This document shows positions 10,628 through 20,179 of a DNA stretch of 64,000 nt, piece by piece. A program made the position numbers and the translations under genes. The notes under the pieces are model-generated. The model saw only the letters and a list, made by a program, of their open reading frames with translations, had not been told where the DNA came from and did not search any database. The stretch is from an uncultured Christensenellaceae bacterium. GTDB taxonomy: Bacteria; Bacillota; Clostridia; Christensenellales; UBA3700. The stretch's first letter is position 1. The number at the start of each line of letters is the position of its first letter. The stretch lies in contig CALWHF010000001.1 of NCBI GenBank assembly GCA_944380305.1, positions 75,600 through 139,599 of the forward strand, written 5' to 3'.

Positions 10628-12373
10628 ATGTCAGAATCCAAAGGCAACCTCTTTCGACAGGTAAAGTTCTTTGTCAAAGACTTCTTCGCGCATTGGAATA
10701 TTCCCGCCAAAGAAGGATATTACCTGTCGAATAAAGAATTTATGGCGTACGCGGTGGGCGGCATGGGCGTGCAAGGCATGGGTATCCTTACCCAGTACTT
10801 TGCGATCACAATGGGTGTTCACCTGGCATACGTCTATAACTTCGATCAGCAGATAGTTCTCTACACCTCGTGGATCATGGCGATACTGTCATTGTTCCGT
10901 GCCCCGCTGGTAGGCTGGATCATCGACAATACAAATACCAAGTGGGGTAAATACCGTCCTTACCTGCTGTTTACGGGGCTTTTGAGCGTCGCATGTTTCT
11001 GGTTACTGGCATTTATACCAAACCTATTCATGCCGGGCGAAGGAGAAGCCTACACAGACGCCAGAAAATGGCTAGTAGTAGGATCTTATCAGCTTATCTA
11101 CTTTATCGCTCTTACAATTTACAGTTTCTTCTCCTTCGGAAGAGTGGGACTCTCTCAGGTCATTACGCCCAACACAAACGAACGAACAAAGCTCTATTCG
11201 GTAGGCGGCGTTATAGACTCTCTCGGACCTTCTATCGTTCAGATGCTCTTCCCTCTTATCGCTAACGGCGTTTACGGTCAGCAGGGTCTGGTATTCAAAG
11301 AGCAGTACGGCAGCTGGACGACAGAACAGGTACAACAGGCGGGGCTCGGTTTCGGAATGGAGAACATACTTACATACCAGGTTATCTTCCCGATCATGGG
11401 CTGTATATGCGTGGCACTCGCGCTCGTAATGTTCTTCGGCACCAAAGAGCGCATCATTCAGGAAAAGAAAGTCAAGCAAAAAGTCAGCTTTATAGGCGGT
11501 ATCGTAAAGAGCTTTAAAAACAAATATTTCTGGATATTCAACATATCCAACGTGCTTGCGTTTGGAAGACTGCTCATATTCACTTCAGTCAACTACGTCT
11601 GCGCGTACATGATAGGCGGCTCTCTCGGAGGCAATCTGCGCGGTATAATCCCCACTCTGATGGCGGTAGGATTTGTCCCGGGCATGCTATTCTCGCCATT
11701 GATCCAAAAATATCTGGGCAAGAAAAAGATGACCCTCCTGTCATTTGCAGGATCGGCAACGATTTCTACTCTGATCCTCCTTCTCGTGCTGTTTGCATAC
11801 AACGGCGCAGCAACTCCATACCTCATATTTGTAGGTATCTTCCTGCACAACATCTTTGCGGCATTATGGACGGTCACCTCGCCTGCAATGACAGCCGATT
11901 ACTGCGAATATCAGCAATGGAAGACAGGCGACAGACTTGACGGCTACATGTCTCAGTACACGCAGGTATTCACCACCGTCTGCGGTATGTTTACAGGACT
12001 TCTCGTTTCTGAAATACTCATAAATATAGGCGCAAAAGATTCTGTATCTTACGAAAATCCCGAAGTAATGCGCAACGTTTTCATAATGTGGGCGGTACTC
12101 GGCGTTGGTTGCGGCGTGCTCGCCATGATCCCGTTCTTCTTCTGGGATCTCACCGAAAAGAAACAGCTCGAAATGGCACGGGAACTCAAAATCCGCGCAA
12201 TGCAGAACAAACTCGAAGATAACGAATTTACCCAGGACGACGTCAAGGAGGCTATGGAACTCGGCGTAGTCACTGCAGGTCAGGTCTCCGACATGGGATT
12301 GATCCCCTCAGCGGAAAACGACTCCGATGTTGCCGAAGCGGCGGCAGACGCCGTTGCCGATAAGGCAGACTGA
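10628..12373 (+). CDS. GPH/MFS-type glycoside:cation symporter family transporter (candidate sialic acid or sialoglycan importer)
   Basis: 581 aa with about 12 TM helices and a MelB/GPH-like N-terminus (AYAVGGMGVQGMG...). It has a hydrophilic C-terminal tail and is the last gene of the nan operon. Confidence 0.7.
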   Translation: MSESKGNLFRQVKFFVKDFFAHWNIPAKEGYYLSNKEFMAYAVGGMGVQGMGILTQYFAITMGVHLAYVYNFDQQIVLYTSWIMAILSLFRAPLVGWIIDNTNTKWGKYRPYLLFTGLLSVACFWLLAFIPNLFMPGEGEAYTDARKWLVVGSYQLIYFIALTIYSFFSFGRVGLSQVITPNTNERTKLYSVGGVIDSLGPSIVQMLFPLIANGVYGQQGLVFKEQYGSWTTEQVQQAGLGFGMENILTYQVIFPIMGCICVALALVMFFGTKERIIQEKKVKQKVSFIGGIVKSFKNKYFWIFNISNVLAFGRLLIFTSVNYVCAYMIGGSLGGNLRGIIPTLMAVGFVPGMLFSPLIQKYLGKKKMTLLSFAGSATISTLILLLVLFAYNGAATPYLIFVGIFLHNIFAALWTVTSPAMTADYCEYQQWKTGDRLDGYMSQYTQVFTTVCGMFTGLLVSEILINIGAKDSVSYENPEVMRNVFIMWAVLGVGCGVLAMIPFFFWDLTEKKQLEMARELKIRAMQNKLEDNEFTQDDVKEAMELGVVTAGQVSDMGLIPSAENDSDVAEAAADAVADKAD

Positions 12374-12400
12374 CGGCAGCAAAAGGTTTACTGAACGACA

Positions 12401-12431
12401 AAGCGCGTGCCGTGAAGGTACGCGCTTTTTG
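12401..12431 (+). terminator. Rho-independent terminator of the nan operon
   Basis: AAGCGCGT / ACGCGCTT 8-bp stem followed by a T-run. Confidence 0.7.
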
Positions 12432-12591
12432 TTAGCCCGAGAATTTTGCTTCTCTTTAACCCGACGCAAAGCCCGACGAAAACACGTCCGCGCTCGCTTT
12501 GACGGCGGGCGAACGGGCATAAAGCATCGCGAAAGACGCAACCGCGATTTACATCGTCATTCCCGAAGATCTTCGCGGTCTTGGACTTTCG

Positions 12592-13107
12592 TCAATATTT
12601 GGTGTTCTTCAGCGTAAGCACATACTGGGCGTACGCTCTCTCGTTGAAACAATAGAAATCCACTCTCATCGGATAGCCCCTGTTAGCCGTCTTCCACGCG
12701 CTTACTGCGTCTACCGCTATTCTCGTAGCGGTCTCCAGCGGATAACCGTATACTCCGGTAGAAACGGCGGGAAAAGCAATGCTGTGCAGATTGTTCGCTT
12801 TTGCAAGCTCCAGCGAATTGGTGTAGCACTTGCCGAGCAGTTCCGCATCCGTCGCCGCGCCGCTGTATATCGGACCGACGGTGTGTATGACGTATTTCGC
12901 TTTCAGTCCGTACCCTTTCGTGATCTTCGCTTCGCCCGTCGCGCAACCGCCGAGGGTGGCGCACTCTCTGACAAGTTCGGGACCTGCCGCGCGGTGTATC
13001 GCGCCGTCCACTCCCCCTCCGCCGAGGAGAGTCTTGTTGGCGGCATTGACGATACAGTCGCATTCGCTCTGAGTAATATCACCCAACACTACGTTTACGT
13101 CTTTCAT
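12592..13107 (-). CDS. Macro-domain protein (O-acetyl-ADP-ribose deacetylase-like)
   Basis: VLGDITQSECDCIVNAANKTLLGGGGVDGAIHRAAGPEL is a classic macro-domain motif. The start is chosen at MKDVNV (ATG 13107, preceded by GAGGGAG). The track ORF extends to 13167. Confidence 0.85.
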   Translation of the reverse strand: MKDVNVVLGDITQSECDCIVNAANKTLLGGGGVDGAIHRAAGPELVRECATLGGCATGEAKITKGYGLKAKYVIHTVGPIYSGAATDAELLGKCYTNSLELAKANNLHSIAFPAVSTGVYGYPLETATRIAVDAVSAWKTANRGYPMRVDFYCFNERAYAQYVLTLKNTKY

Positions 13108-13308
13108 GTCTCCCTCATCATTGCGCGCCGAAGCGCACTCACACTTTTTATACATAAAGTTTATCATCGACCGTGCGTATTGTCAATAGTGTTGATTTTT
13201 GTCTGTCGGAGTGCTTTTGCTCACAAAATACACGGTGTGTAAAAAATCGGATATTTACGCGCATTGCGCCGTACGCCTGAAATATTGATTGCAGCTCATG
13301 CGTACAGT

Positions 13309-13343
13309 AAAAAAACACGCAAGGCTTTTGCCGTCTTGCGTGT
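13309..13343 (-). terminator. Rho-independent terminator after carB-dapF
   Basis: ACACGCAAG / CTTGCGTGT stem. On the minus strand it is followed by a T-run (the A-run at 13309-13315 on plus). Confidence 0.65.
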
Positions 13344-13413
13344 TTTCGAAATCGTCGTCTTCCGGATACGAGTCGTCTCCTGCATATATTCGTCTATCCC
13401 TTATCTCTTCGGA

Positions 13414-16400
13414 TCAGATCTCTATCTCTCCGTCGAACACTTTGACGGCAGTGCCCGTCATATATACGGCGTCGTCGGCATAGCGAACCACGAGATCTCC
13501 TCCGGGCTGTTTGACCGTAATATCCTCGTTTCTCGGGCACAATCCGTTTTCGACAGCCGCCACGACCGCCGCGCACGCTCCCGTGCCGCACGATCTTGTC
13601 TCGCCGCTGCCTCTCTCCCATACTCTCATCTTCAGAGTGTGGTCGTCGAGCACTTTGACGAATTCGGTATTCACTCTTTCGGGGAACAGCGGATCGGTCT
13701 CGAACGCGCTGCCGACCTTGTCCACGTCGAAACGGTCGAGATGCTTGAGCATGACCACGCAATGCGGGTTGCCGAGGTTGACGAGCGTGATGTCGTATTC
13801 GGTGCCGTCGACGATATGTTTTTTGCCTACAACTCTGCCTTCGGCTCTCGCGGGTATCTTTGCCGCGTCGAATTCGGGCGCGCCCATATTTACGGTAATG
13901 TAGGTCGCCTCTCCCTTCTCGGTCTTGATGCTTATCTCCTTGTATCCCGAAAGCGTTTCGATCGTGAATTCGCGTTTGCGCACGATGTTGTTGTCGTACA
14001 GATATTTCGCGACGCATCTGATGCCGTTGCCCGACATCTCGCCTTCTGTGCCGTCGAGGTTGAACATCCTCATTCTCGCATCCGCCGTCTTGGAAGGAAG
14101 TATCAGGATAACGCCTTCGCCGCCTATACCCGTATATCTGTCCGAAAGTCTTATCGCGAGCATTTCGGGGCTTTCGATCGGATTCTCGAGGCAATTGAAA
14201 CATATATAGTCGTTGCCCGAGCCGTGCATCTTGGTGAACTTTCTCAGCGTCTTGCCCTTGCGCAGTTTGTTTATATCGACAAGCTCGGTGTTGAACTCCG
14301 AGTATCTGCTCATAAGGCTGTTCGCTACCGCATTTGCGGTATCTATCGAAGTCAGGCACGGGATAGCCCTCTCGACCGCCTTACGTCTGATCTTAACGCT
14401 GTCGCGGGTGGGCAGCTTGCCCTTGGACGAAGTGGATATGATGTAGTTGACCTTGCCGCTCTCGATAAGCGTCAGGTTGTTGTTCTCGTGATTCTGGTGT
14501 ATCTTATCGACCGTGATGACGTCCATGCCGAGATCTCTGATGACTTTCGCGGTGCCCGCCGTGGCATACAGCGTGTATCCGAGGTCCTCGAACTTCTGCG
14601 CGATCTCGCCTATCTCGCTCTTATCCTGGTCTCTGACGGTTATGAATATGCCGCCCTTCTTCTTCATCTTGTAGCCCGCCGCGACGAGTCCCTTGAACAG
14701 AGCCTCTTCGAGCGTGCCCGCGATGCCGAGGACTTCGCCCGTAGACTTCATCTCGGGTCCGAGCTGAGTATCGACGTTGGTCAGTTTCTCGAACGAGAAC
14801 ACGGGGACTTTGACCGCGACGTACGGCGAATTGGGATACAGTCCCGTGCCGTAGCCCATGTCCTTCAGCTTTTCGCCGAGGATCGCACGGGTCGCGAGGT
14901 CTACCATCGGGACGCCCGTGACCTTGCTGAGGTACGGTATCGTACGACTCGATCTCGGGTTGACCTCTATGACGTACAGCTCGTTTTTGTAGATAAGGTA
15001 CTGGATATTGACGAGTCCGACCGTATGCAGGGATACCGCAAGTCTCTTGGAGCAGTCTACTATGCGCTCGGTCATCTCGTCGCCGAGGTTCCATGCGGGA
15101 TATACCGCTATCGAGTCGCCCGAGTGGATACCCGTTCTCTCGACGTGTTGCATGACGCCGGGGATCAGGATGTCCTCGCCGTCGCAGATCGCGTCGATCT
15201 CAAGCTCCTTGCCCATCAGGTATTTATCTATAAGCACGGGGTTTTCTATGCCCTGCGCTAGAATGACGTCCATATATTCGATGACGTCGGCGTCGCTGTA
15301 ACATACCGTCATGTTCTGCCCGCCGAGGACGTAGGACGGACGCAGCAGCGTCGGATAACCTATCTCGTTGGCGACGCGCAGAGCCTCTTCCTTGGTCATT
15401 ACGGTAAAGCCCTTCGGACGCTTGATGTCGAGTCTTTCGAGCAGCTCGTCGAACTTCTCTCTGTCCTCGGCCATATCTATGTATTCCGCCTGCGTGCCGA
15501 GGATTTTGATGCCCTTTTCCTTGAGCATCTTGGTCAGCTTGATCGCGGTCTGTCCGCCGAAAGCGACTACGACGCCGTACGGTTTTTCGGTATTGAGTAT
15601 GCTGAGCACGTCTTCGTTGGTCAGCGGCTCGAAATACAGTCTGTCGGCGGTGTCGAAATCGGTGGAGACGGTCTCGGGGTTGTTGTTGACGATGACGACC
15701 TCGTAGCCCTTTTCCTTGAGTGCCCAGACGCAGTGGACGGACGCATAGTCGAACTCGATACCCTGACCTATTCTGATAGGTCCGCTGCCGAAAACGACGA
15801 TACGCTTTTTGTCCGTCTTGTTGTTCTCGAGGAACTCGAGAGCCTCGTTTTCGTCGTCGTAGGTCGAATAGAAATACGGGGTCTCCGCGCTGAACTCGGC
15901 AGCGCAGGTATCGACCATCTTGTAAGACGCGTATCTCTTGTGCTTTATCTTGTCCTTGCTGAAACTCTCGATCGTCTTGTCGAGATAGCCCATCTTCTTC
16001 GCCGCGAGATAAAGCTCGTCGGTCAGCGGTTCGCTCGCAAGTCTTCTCTCCATTCTGACGAGGTTTCTGTACTTGCAGAGGAACCACTTGTCTATCTTGG
16101 TCTTGTTGTATATCTCGTCCACGGGGAAGTCTCTCTTGAGTGCCTCGTAGACGGCGAATATCCTCTCGTCGTCGCAGTCGTTGAGCTTATCCGAAAGCTC
16201 CGCATCCGTCATCGCGATAAACTTGTCGCTGTTCAGCGTATCGTGCGAGATCTCCGCGCCTCTGACCGCCTTCAGTATAGCCTGTTCGAACGAAGTGCCG
16301 ATGCTCATGACTTCGCCCGTCGCCTTCATCTGCGTGCCCAGCTTGCGGCTCGCGTAGAAGAATTTGTCGAAAGGCCATTTGGGGAACTTGACGACGATAT

Positions 16401-17454
16401 AGTCTACCGAAGGCTCGAAACACGCGTAGGTCGTGCCCGTAACGGCGTTGAGTATCTCGTCGAGGGTGTAGCCTATCGCTATCTTTGTCGCGACCTTCGC
16501 TATCGGATAACCCGTAGCCTTGGACGCGAGCGCGGAAGAACGAGAAACGCGGGGGTTGACCTCTATGACCGCATATTCGAAACTGTCGGGTCTCAAAGCG
16601 AACTGTACGTTGCAGCCGCCTTCGACTTCGAGCGCGTCCACTATGTCGAGAGCCGCGCTCCTCAGCATCTGGAATTCCTTTTCCGCAAGCGTGACGGTCG
16701 GAGCGACGACGATGCTGTCTCCCGTATGCACGCCGACGGGGTCTACGTTCTCCATCGAGCATATCGTGATGCAGTTGCCCTTGCTGTCGCGCATGACCTC
16801 GAACTCGATCTCCTTCCAGCCGCTTATGCACTTTTCGATGAGGATCTGATGTATCGGAGAGCTTCTCAGACCGCCTTCCGCGATCTCGATGAACTGCTCT
16901 TCGTCGTCGGCTATGCCGCCGCCCGTACCGCCCAGCGTGAACGCGGGACGGATTATGACGGGATAACCTATCTTCTTCGCCACCCTGATGCCTGCCTCGA
17001 GGTCGTTGACGACTTCGGACGGGATCACGGGTTGTCCTATCTCTGCAAGCGTATCCTTGAACGCCTGTCTGTCCTCGGCGCGGTCGATCGTCTCGGGTTT
17101 CGCGCCGAGAAGTTTTACGCCCATCTTGTCGAGGAATCCCTCTTTCGCGAGCTGCATCGACAGCGTCAGACCGTTCTGCCCGCCCATCGTGGAAAGAAGG
17201 CTGTCGGGACGCTCCTTTTCTATAATTCTCTTGACCGTATTCAGCGTCAGCGGCTCTATGTATATCCTGTCCGCGACCGCGTTGTCGGTCATTATCGTAG
17301 CCGGATTGGAGTTGACGAGCACGACTTCTAGCCCGTCCGCCTTGAGCGCGCGGCACGCCTGAGTGCCCGCATAGTCGAATTCCGCCGCCTGTCCTATGAC
17401 GATAGGACCGGAGCCTATAACCATTACCTTGTGTATGTCTTTATTGAGTGGCAT
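13414..17454 (-). CDS. carB: Carbamoyl-phosphate synthase large subunit fused in frame to diaminopimelate epimerase (CarB-DapF)
   Basis: Single uninterrupted 1346-aa ORF. Residues 1 to about 1070 are canonical CarB, with two ATP-grasp halves starting KVMVIGSGPIVIGQAAEFDYAGTQA and KRIVVFGSGPIRIGQGIEFDYASVH plus an MGS-like C-terminal domain. The last ~275 aa (nt ~13417-14241) are a complete DapF: KFTKMHGSGNDY, first catalytic Cys in SGNGIRC, second in SCGTGACA. The junction reads ...DINKLRKGKTLRKFTKMHG... with no stop. Confidence 0.85.
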   Translation of the reverse strand: MPLNKDIHKVMVIGSGPIVIGQAAEFDYAGTQACRALKADGLEVVLVNSNPATIMTDNAVADRIYIEPLTLNTVKRIIEKERPDSLLSTMGGQNGLTLSMQLAKEGFLDKMGVKLLGAKPETIDRAEDRQAFKDTLAEIGQPVIPSEVVNDLEAGIRVAKKIGYPVIIRPAFTLGGTGGGIADDEEQFIEIAEGGLRSSPIHQILIEKCISGWKEIEFEVMRDSKGNCITICSMENVDPVGVHTGDSIVVAPTVTLAEKEFQMLRSAALDIVDALEVEGGCNVQFALRPDSFEYAVIEVNPRVSRSSALASKATGYPIAKVATKIAIGYTLDEILNAVTGTTYACFEPSVDYIVVKFPKWPFDKFFYASRKLGTQMKATGEVMSIGTSFEQAILKAVRGAEISHDTLNSDKFIAMTDAELSDKLNDCDDERIFAVYEALKRDFPVDEIYNKTKIDKWFLCKYRNLVRMERRLASEPLTDELYLAAKKMGYLDKTIESFSKDKIKHKRYASYKMVDTCAAEFSAETPYFYSTYDDENEALEFLENNKTDKKRIVVFGSGPIRIGQGIEFDYASVHCVWALKEKGYEVVIVNNNPETVSTDFDTADRLYFEPLTNEDVLSILNTEKPYGVVVAFGGQTAIKLTKMLKEKGIKILGTQAEYIDMAEDREKFDELLERLDIKRPKGFTVMTKEEALRVANEIGYPTLLRPSYVLGGQNMTVCYSDADVIEYMDVILAQGIENPVLIDKYLMGKELEIDAICDGEDILIPGVMQHVERTGIHSGDSIAVYPAWNLGDEMTERIVDCSKRLAVSLHTVGLVNIQYLIYKNELYVIEVNPRSSRTIPYLSKVTGVPMVDLATRAILGEKLKDMGYGTGLYPNSPYVAVKVPVFSFEKLTNVDTQLGPEMKSTGEVLGIAGTLEEALFKGLVAAGYKMKKKGGIFITVRDQDKSEIGEIAQKFEDLGYTLYATAGTAKVIRDLGMDVITVDKIHQNHENNNLTLIESGKVNYIISTSSKGKLPTRDSVKIRRKAVERAIPCLTSIDTANAVANSLMSRYSEFNTELVDINKLRKGKTLRKFTKMHGSGNDYICFNCLENPIESPEMLAIRLSDRYTGIGGEGVILILPSKTADARMRMFNLDGTEGEMSGNGIRCVAKYLYDNNIVRKREFTIETLSGYKEISIKTEKGEATYITVNMGAPEFDAAKIPARAEGRVVGKKHIVDGTEYDITLVNLGNPHCVVMLKHLDRFDVDKVGSAFETDPLFPERVNTEFVKVLDDHTLKMRVWERGSGETRSCGTGACAAVVAAVENGLCPRNEDITVKQPGGDLVVRYADDAVYMTGTAVKVFDGEIEI

Positions 17455-18518
17455 TATCTTTTCTCCTCCGTCTTAGCGATAAAGTTTTCTATCAGGAATC
17501 TCGTGTCGAGCGGTCCGCCGCACTCCTCGGGATGGAACTGCACCGAGATCGCGTTCTTATACTCGAGCCCTTCGCAGGTGCCGTCGTTTGCGTTGACGTA
17601 CAGCAGTTTCGCGTTGGAGGGCAAAGCGTTGTTGTCCACGACGTAGCCGTGATTCTGCGACGTGATGAATATCCTCTCGCCGAACGTCTCTTTGACGGGC
17701 TGGTTGCCGCCGCGGTGACCGTACTTGAGCTTGTAGGTCTTGCCTCCCTGCGACAGAGCGAGGATCTGGTGTCCGAGGCTGACCGCGAGCATAGGCACGC
17801 CCGACTTCAGCAGCTTGTCCGCCTCGACCGCCTCCGCCTTACATTCGGCGGGATCGCCCGCGCCGTTTGAAAGCACTATGCCGTCGGGTCTGATCGCGAG
17901 CACGTCTTCTGCCTTCGCGTCGTGCGGGAAACGAGTGACCTTGCAGCCGCGCCCGACGAACTCCGCGACGAGATTCGCGCTCTCGCCGTAATCGACGACC
18001 GCTATGTTCTTTTTGCCTTCGCCGAACGTCCCGACCTCTTTGCACGAAGTCTTCGCGACCGCGCCGCTTATGCGGTATTCTCTGACCTTCTTCATAGTAG
18101 CCGCGTCAGGCTCGGGGTTTTTGGTGATGATACCGTTCATCACGCCGTTTTCCCTTATCGCCTTGGTGAGCCTGCGGGTATCGACGCCCGCGAGCGTGAC
18201 GATCCCGTTTTTCTCCAGCATATCGGCGAACTTGCCTTTGCAACGGAAGTTGGACGGATCGTCGCAGATCTCCCTGCAAACGTAACCCGCGAGCTTAATC
18301 GACGACGGATCGTAGTCCTCGGGAATGTCGCCGTAATTGCCTATGAGCGGAAACGTCTGCACGACGATCTGTCCCGCATAGGTCGGGTCTGCGACCGTCT
18401 CGAGATAGCCGCCCATCGAAGTCGTGAAAACGACCTCTCCGATCACCTCGCCCGAAGCCCCGACGCCGTAGCCTTCAAACTTGTCTCCGTTTTCCAGAAT
18501 CAGATAAACTTTGTCCAT
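17454..18518 (-). CDS. carA: Carbamoyl-phosphate synthase small (glutaminase) subunit
   Basis: 354 aa with a GATase active-site region (PMLAVSLGHQIL) and a CarA N-domain. Its stop overlaps the carB start. Confidence 0.9.
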   Translation of the reverse strand: MDKVYLILENGDKFEGYGVGASGEVIGEVVFTTSMGGYLETVADPTYAGQIVVQTFPLIGNYGDIPEDYDPSSIKLAGYVCREICDDPSNFRCKGKFADMLEKNGIVTLAGVDTRRLTKAIRENGVMNGIITKNPEPDAATMKKVREYRISGAVAKTSCKEVGTFGEGKKNIAVVDYGESANLVAEFVGRGCKVTRFPHDAKAEDVLAIRPDGIVLSNGAGDPAECKAEAVEADKLLKSGVPMLAVSLGHQILALSQGGKTYKLKYGHRGGNQPVKETFGERIFITSQNHGYVVDNNALPSNAKLLYVNANDGTCEGLEYKNAISVQFHPEECGGPLDTRFLIENFIAKTEEKR

Positions 18519-18774
18519 AAAAAATCCTCTCTCCGCCGAAAGCGGTTTTTAGAGCGCGTACGCGCCTGTAAATTCTTTACTAATAATATTATCATATATC
18601 AAAGCCCGCCGCAAGACTTTTTTTCAAATTTCCGACGCCTCGCGCGTATTATGCGCGCCCGCGGAGCGGCTGCAAAAAAAATGTGATTTTGTGCCCTTCA
18701 ACCCCTCTCAAACAAATGACATAATCCGCGCGTTGTGCTATAATTTTAATATCTTTTTTCTGCGGAGGATAAAT

Positions 18775-20178
18775 ATGGCGCGCAAACTCAACGAAGAATG
18801 CGGTATTTTCGGTATCTACAACAAAGCTGGCATAAAGCAGGTGGGCAATCTCGTCTACTTTGGCCTTTTCGCGCTCCAGCACCGCGGCCAGGAAGCGGCG
18901 GGCATCGCGATAAACAAGGACGGCGACGTCGTGATACAGAAGAGCCTCGGGCTTGTCTCCGACGTATTCAAGGATTCGCCGATGATCTCCATGGACGGCG
19001 ATATAGCCGTAGGTCACGTCAGATACTCGACGACCGGCAGCAATACGCAGGAAAACGCTCAGCCCCTCTGCGCCAAATACTACAAGGGTTCGCTGACGAT
19101 TGCTCACAACGGCAATATATGCAACGCGGACAAGCTGCGCAAAGAGCTTTCCGAACAAGGCTCTATATTCCACTCGACAAACGACAGCGAGATAATCGCG
19201 TATCTTATCGCGAAAGCACGCATACATACCAAGTCCATCGAAGAGGCGGTCAAGGCGGTCGTTCCCATGCTCGAAGGTTCTTTCTCACTGCTCGTCATGA
19301 GCCCGAGAAAACTCATCGCGGTCAGAGATCCGCACGGCATCCGTCCTCTCTGCATGGGTAAGATCAAGGACAGCATCGTGTTCGCAAGCGAATCGTGCGC
19401 TCTCGATACCGTCGGCGCGACCTTCGTCAGAGACATCCGTCCCGGCGAGATATACGTCGTCAACCAGACCGAGGAATTCAGCATCGAAGACTACTGCAAC
19501 AGACCTTCCGCGCTCTGCATATTCGAGCACATATACTTCGCGCGTCCCGACAGCGTCATCGACGGACAAAGCGTTAACGAAGCGCGCGTAGAAGCAGGCA
19601 AGATGCTCGCGAAACAGCACCCCGTCGAGGCTGACGTCGTCATCGGCGTACCCGACAGCGGTCTTTCGAGTGCGATCGGATATTCGATACAGAGCGGCAT
19701 TCCTTACGGCGTGGGGCTGATCAAGAACAGATATATCGGCAGAACGTTCATCCAGCCTTCTCAGGCAATGAGAGAGAGGAGCGTCGCGCTCAAGCTCAAC
19801 GTGCTCAAAGCCAACATCGACGGCAAGCGAGTCATCGTCATCGACGACTCGATAGTCAGAGGCACTACCCTCGCAAACATCATCAAAATGCTCAAAAAGG
19901 GCGGCGCGACCGAAGTTCACGTCCGCATAAGCAGCCCCAAGTTCATATACCCCTGTTTTTTCGGCACGGACATCCCCGACAGAAGTCAGCTTGCGAGCGT
20001 AAACTATACCCACGACGAGCTGTGCAGGAAGATAGGCGCGGATTCGCTCGGTTTCCTCGATACCGATACCGTGGACGAGATCGCAAAGAACAGCAAACTC
20101 GCGTTCTGCAAGGCTTGCTTTACCGGCAAATACCCGTGCCCCGTCCCCGAATGCGTAAACAAAACGGAGTTTGAATAA
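18775..20178 (+). CDS. purF: Amidophosphoribosyltransferase
   Basis: ATG 18775 follows GGAGGA. MARKLNEECGIFGIY has the N-terminal nucleophile Cys, and VIVIDDSIVRGTT is the PRPP-binding motif. Confidence 0.9.
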   Translation: MARKLNEECGIFGIYNKAGIKQVGNLVYFGLFALQHRGQEAAGIAINKDGDVVIQKSLGLVSDVFKDSPMISMDGDIAVGHVRYSTTGSNTQENAQPLCAKYYKGSLTIAHNGNICNADKLRKELSEQGSIFHSTNDSEIIAYLIAKARIHTKSIEEAVKAVVPMLEGSFSLLVMSPRKLIAVRDPHGIRPLCMGKIKDSIVFASESCALDTVGATFVRDIRPGEIYVVNQTEEFSIEDYCNRPSALCIFEHIYFARPDSVIDGQSVNEARVEAGKMLAKQHPVEADVVIGVPDSGLSSAIGYSIQSGIPYGVGLIKNRYIGRTFIQPSQAMRERSVALKLNVLKANIDGKRVIVIDDSIVRGTTLANIIKMLKKGGATEVHVRISSPKFIYPCFFGTDIPDRSQLASVNYTHDELCRKIGADSLGFLDTDTVDEIAKNSKLAFCKACFTGKYPCPVPECVNKTEFE

Positions 20179-20179
20179 T

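Noticed and set aside
13264-17331. Very long plus-strand ORFs (665 aa at 13264-15261, 532 aa at 15733-17331) opposite carB-dapF
   Set aside because: They are shadow ORFs. The translations are Arg/Val/Asp-rich with no motifs, and they are fully antisense to a gene with unmistakable CarB/DapF motifs. There are no RBSs.
18519-18774. I looked for a purine riboswitch upstream of purF, T-box leaders upstream of metG (33350-33522) and alaS, and a glutamine riboswitch or GlnR box upstream of glnN (25258-25467)
   Set aside because: I could recognise none of the conserved cores. The metG and alaS upstream regions are too short for T-box leaders. A covariance-model scan would be needed to be sure.
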